Below are positions 59,878 to 64,000 of a DNA stretch of 64,000 nucleotides, in pieces. A model generated the notes under the pieces. That model ran no database searches and had not been told where the DNA came from. It worked only from the letters and a program-made list of their open reading frames with translations. The number at the start of each line of letters is the position of its first letter. The first letter of the stretch is position 1. The translations under genes were made by a program, and so were the position numbers. Origin of the DNA: Flectonema sp. DT1601 (lineage: Eukaryota); contig OZ025784.1 in the NCBI GenBank assembly GCA_964019425.1, positions 1,612,001-1,676,000 on the forward strand. Direction: 5' to 3'.

Positions 59878-61714
59878 ATGACGGTGGAGAAAAAGTTGTG
59901 GCGTGTATGCGCCTTGGGGGTTCTTGTTATGCAGTTTTGCAGTTCAATTATAGTGTCGATGCTTCCTGAATTGTATAGCAGATTAGTAACAGGCGTGGCT
60001 CTATCTGTAGTGTGTATGTTGGTGACGGCGTGGTTATCAAGAATTTTTGTAATCCTTTGGAAGCATCAGCTATGTTTGCAATGTCGAATGCGAATGGAAA
60101 ACTTCAAATTGTAGGAGAACCGCCAACAACGACCTTAATTGAATTTAAAATAATAATCCCAACTATATTAGAATGTGTCAAAAAACCTGAAGAATAATTC
60201 AAAATGCTCCTCCACCATCACCTGAGGACCTTGATAAATGCGTATCAATGAGGAATTCCCCTAAGGTCCAATTCAATCCCTTGGTACCTGCTGGTCTTAT
60301 TGAAAATGGTGATCGTCGTACAGAAACAGAAAAAGCAGCTCCTGCTGGAACTCCTGCCTGCTTTAATCAATGTCAGATAACAACGTGTTTCAAAATATCG
60401 TAACTGGTCATCGGAAGAAGAGACTTGAAACAGGTTGGAATGTTGTTCGAGACTTCTATCTTAACAATTGGCAAACAGAACCCATGATATTTGTAGCATT
60501 TCGGATGGAATATTCATCTGCAGCAAGCAAGTCATGTTGTACAGACATCGCAAGAATTCACGCAACGATATTTGAAAGAATTAAAGCAGCAAGCGCTCAG
60601 TACAACACTTTCTGGGAATGGTCAGGGAACTCCGAGCACTCGGTATTTGTGTGTTGGATGTGACTATTACGCTTTGAAATCTCGAAGTCAGACACGTGTC
60701 GTCATTCAAATGGTCAGTAGCTATTACAGAAGGAGAAGCCCGATGTGGAAAAATCAAATCCCTCAATATACTGTACGATGTAGTATTTTCCGAAGCTAGA
60801 GATCGAGCATTAGCTACGGCTCAGTTCTGTCTTAGCGTCCAGTCGAAAATTCTTTGAAGAAACAGTGCAACTCGACACTGGGGATGTTCAATCACAATAT
60901 ATAAAAATGCTGCCTTGTTGGAGTGTCTCATTGAGGTCAACTACATCAGCGAAAAAACCTCAGGAACAATGTCGGAGTGGAAGTTTCTCGTATGAGTTTC
61001 GAAACTTCTTCAACAACAGTATCACCCAGACATTCTCGGAGAAGAAACGATTTCGATGACGATGAGGACGAAAAAGTTATCAGTTACTGTCAACTACGAT
61101 GCTCTCAGATGTCAGGCTATGGTACAATTTGGAAAACAAGACTGGAAACAAGCTGCGTGTGATTTAGCTTCTCTTGTTAAACGAAACAAAGAAGACAAAC
61201 ACCTCAGAAATATTTATAACCACGTCTCTGGTGTGTGGAAACGGAGTAGACTATTCTCATTGTCATTTGATAGACAGCTTGTTAATATAAAAGACCAACG
61301 AAACAGGATTAGAGGCGACATTAGATTTTCAACCAGCGATTCTCAGTCTTGTTGAAGATAACAACAACAATGAACAATCGATGATGACTTCTGTTGAGAT
61401 TGATTTTCAGCTAACGGAGCATCAATTAGCATCAGAGTTAGCTATTTACGTATCACACGCAACGAAAACACGTTGGATCAATGACCATCGGACGCACTAT
61501 TTATGAAAATTGCTTCTCCGCTGAAAACGCTGTCACCTGGATGTGTGAACGCTTTGAGATAACAGTATCAGAAGCTGTCCAGCTCGGCGAGCTACTGCGT
61601 ATAAGAGGAATTATTTCACATCCAAAGAGAACTGATCATACTTTTAAGCTTGGTAAGATCGTCTTTAAGTTTAAAGATGACTCTCCGTGTATGTGTCCAG
61701 AAGATGTCTTGTGA
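59878..61714 (+). pseudogene. Fragmented gene: TM segments ... C-terminal DEP domain
   Basis: A chain of short + strand ORFs in shifting frames without clear introns. YENCFSAENAVTWM..EAVQLGELLRIRGIISH..HTFK is DEP-like. The 5' boundary is uncertain. Confidence 0.55.
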
Positions 61715-61831
61715 TTAGCGACTACAAATATTCTTTTCAGTCATGTACTTGATATTAGTTTTATATTTATACGTAAAGTTGTTACTGTTTTTATATTGTC
61801 CCAGTTACACCCCCCTCAACTACATCTAAAG

Positions 61832-63001
61832 ATGTCTGTCCAACTTCTGTTCGCAGCGGCCACCGCAACTGTCGGTAAGAACTTAGCACCAACGCCACCG
61901 ATGGGATGGATGAACTGGGAAATATTCAGATGTAACGTCGACTGCGCAAAGTACAACGAGAGCTGTGTCAACGAGTACTTGTTCACTACGATGACTGACA
62001 GGTTAGTATCAGATGGGTACCTTGCTGCTGGTTACAATGGTATTCACATTGATGACTGTTGGATGAGAAAGAACCCTGAGAGAGATCAGAATGGGAAACT
62101 GTTCCCTGACCCTGAAAGATTCCCTCACGGATTTAAGTGGTTGGGTGACTACATGCACAACAAGAGTGTGAAGTTCGCCATCTACACTGCTGAGTCACCA
62201 CACACTTGTGCTGGATACCCGGCATCAGCAAACCACGAAGTGACTGACGCCGATACATTTGCTGAATGGGGAGTTGACTACATGAAGGTCGATGGATGTG
62301 GAGATGCTGGTTACTACCCAAAGGGATACCCAGCCATGGGTAACGCTCTTGTGAACAGTGGACGGGACATCGTGTACTCCTGCTCTTGGCCTGCCTACCT
62401 CGGCAGCAACGAGTCCAGCAAGCCTTACACAGCTATGGCTGCTGCCCACTGCAACCTTTGGAGAAACTGGGCTGACATTCAGTGCAACTGGGGCTCCCTC
62501 GCTTCGATCATTGAGCACTGGGGACAATGGGGAACCGTCCTCCGTAACGCCGCCAAGACCGGAGCTTGGAACGACCCTGACATGCTTTTGATTGGAAACA
62601 AGTGTATCACTGTTGAAGAAGCAAAGACCCAGATGGCCCTCTGGTCCATCTCTGCCGCTCCGCTCATTATGGGTAACGACCTCAGAATTGTACCAGATAC
62701 TCACAAGGCTGTCCTCCTCAACAAGGAGGCGATTGCCATCGACCAGGACTCATTGGGTGTTCAGGGAATTCGTGTTCACAACGAGACCACCTTCCAGATT
62801 TGGACTCGTCCTCTCGCCAATGGAGATGTTGCGTACGGTCTTTACAACCCAACCATCACTTCCCAGACTGCTCGTGTCACTTTCGACAGCAAGTCTAACG
62901 TCAGGGACATCTGGGAGCAGAAGGACCTTGGGGCATTCACTACATACGTCACTCAAGTTCCATCCCACGGAACAGCCTTTCTCCGTGTGAGCAAGCAGTA
63001 A
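61832..63001 (+). CDS. GH27 glycosidase, copy 2 (identical protein)
   Basis: Same translation as 52201-53370. Confidence 0.95.
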   Translation: MSVQLLFAAATATVGKNLAPTPPMGWMNWEIFRCNVDCAKYNESCVNEYLFTTMTDRLVSDGYLAAGYNGIHIDDCWMRKNPERDQNGKLFPDPERFPHGFKWLGDYMHNKSVKFAIYTAESPHTCAGYPASANHEVTDADTFAEWGVDYMKVDGCGDAGYYPKGYPAMGNALVNSGRDIVYSCSWPAYLGSNESSKPYTAMAAAHCNLWRNWADIQCNWGSLASIIEHWGQWGTVLRNAAKTGAWNDPDMLLIGNKCITVEEAKTQMALWSISAAPLIMGNDLRIVPDTHKAVLLNKEAIAIDQDSLGVQGIRVHNETTFQIWTRPLANGDVAYGLYNPTITSQTARVTFDSKSNVRDIWEQKDLGAFTTYVTQVPSHGTAFLRVSKQ

Positions 63002-63493
63002 GTCCTCGCGTCTTTAATTTCATTACATTGTAGAACTCGTGTTTGTCGCAAAGCCAAATGAGTCGAAATTGTGATTGCAACTTCTGAACTTCTGTTGAAA
63101 CAAGAGCGGAATTAGTAGTTCGATTCAGCGAATACGACCAAAAACTCTTTTTATCTTAAACGATCTTCGCACGTTACTGACTGCCAGCGATGGCACTCGT
63201 TGCATGAGCGATGAGTCTGCTGTGTATTTTAAAGCTCTGAGTTAACCAGCGTGTATTGTTCAATTAACGTAACCTTCTATTCGTATTATGTTTATTCACC
63301 CTAACGGTGCCACCCGCAGATTCCAGCTCTGTGGCGTTCGTGTTTCTTTTATTTGTAATTCTCGTACGTGGATATTACTTCCTATTTTGTCAAGGAAGAT
63401 TATCTTAATATTTCTACAGTGAAATCTAGTAGGCAATACTTCTGTGTTGTTATTGTTGTTGTTGTTGTTTATGTTATTTGCTTGCAGGATTCA

Positions 63494-64000
63494 ATGGCAA
63501 GGCGATTCGTTCCTCTACCAAAACCTGCACATGGAAGGCTGCGAGTCTATTGTGACTTAGACGGCGTCTTGGCCGATTTCGATAGAGGAATGCGGGAAGT
63601 CGGAGTCTCGTTAGCAGAACTGAAATCAAATCCGCAAAAGTCGTGGGCGACACTTGCGAATACGAAAGGAGGATTCTATAGAAACCTTCACTGGATGGAA
63701 GACGGGAAGAAATTATGGGAAGAAATAAGAAGCTACAGGCCAATCATCTTAACTGGCCTACCGAGAGGTAAATGGGCTGAACCACAAAAGCGTCTCTGGT
63801 GTGAAAAGCATCTCGGCAGGGATGTAGTTGTCATCACTTGCATGGCAACAGAGAAAATGCAACTCTCTGCTGAAGGTAACGTTCTCATTGACGATACGGT
63901 GAAGAACTGTAGACAGTGGACACTAAGAGGAGGGAATTCAATTATTCACACTTCAGCTTCTGATTCAAGTTCAAAGCTAAAAGAATTATATGATAAAGCT
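63494..64000 (+). CDS. HAD-superfamily 5'(3')-deoxyribonucleotidase (NT5C-like), runs off the window end
   Basis: My translation: MARRF..VYCDLDGVLADFD..ILTGLP..QKRLWCEKHL..VLIDD (HAD motifs I-IV). Missing from the ORF track because there is no stop inside the window. Confidence 0.85.
   Translation, partial: MARRFVPLPKPAHGRLRVYCDLDGVLADFDRGMREVGVSLAELKSNPQKSWATLANTKGGFYRNLHWMEDGKKLWEEIRSYRPIILTGLPRGKWAEPQKRLWCEKHLGRDVVVITCMATEKMQLSAEGNVLIDDTVKNCRQWTLRGGNSIIHTSASDSSSKLKELYDKA

Overview
AT-rich eukaryotic DNA with GT-AG introns, long poly-A/T tracts and every credible gene on the + strand. This organisation suggests a euglenozoan (diplonemid-like) genome, which is an inference. Ordinary genes: two tandem COX5B-like copies, CCCH+CID, CCAR1/DBC1-like, PH-fold proteins, DnaJ, ubiquitin-like, RRM, JmjC-like, ICME-like hydrolase, two identical GH27, Ubl+LRR and an NT5C-type HAD. 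The main find is invisible in the ORF track. The ~23 kb tandem array at 7.5-30.9 kb holds seven intact spliced paralogues of one gene, each with 2-4 tandem ~70-75 aa repeats resembling a basic arm plus three-helix HTH, followed by an alpha-crystallin/HSP20-like domain. Across the 18 repeats the scaffold and some introns are almost invariant. Residues on one face of the predicted third helix (x-Q-I-x-x-[A/S/C]-R-x; i, i+3, i+4, i+7) are hypervariable. Each repeat is an exon pair bounded by phase-0 introns. This is a candidate modular, diversifying DNA-recognition family; the fold and function are inferred, not demonstrated. The copies are interleaved with near-identical copies of an unrelated 538-aa gene. 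Several MITE-like elements are present, one enclosing a LINE RNase H fragment.
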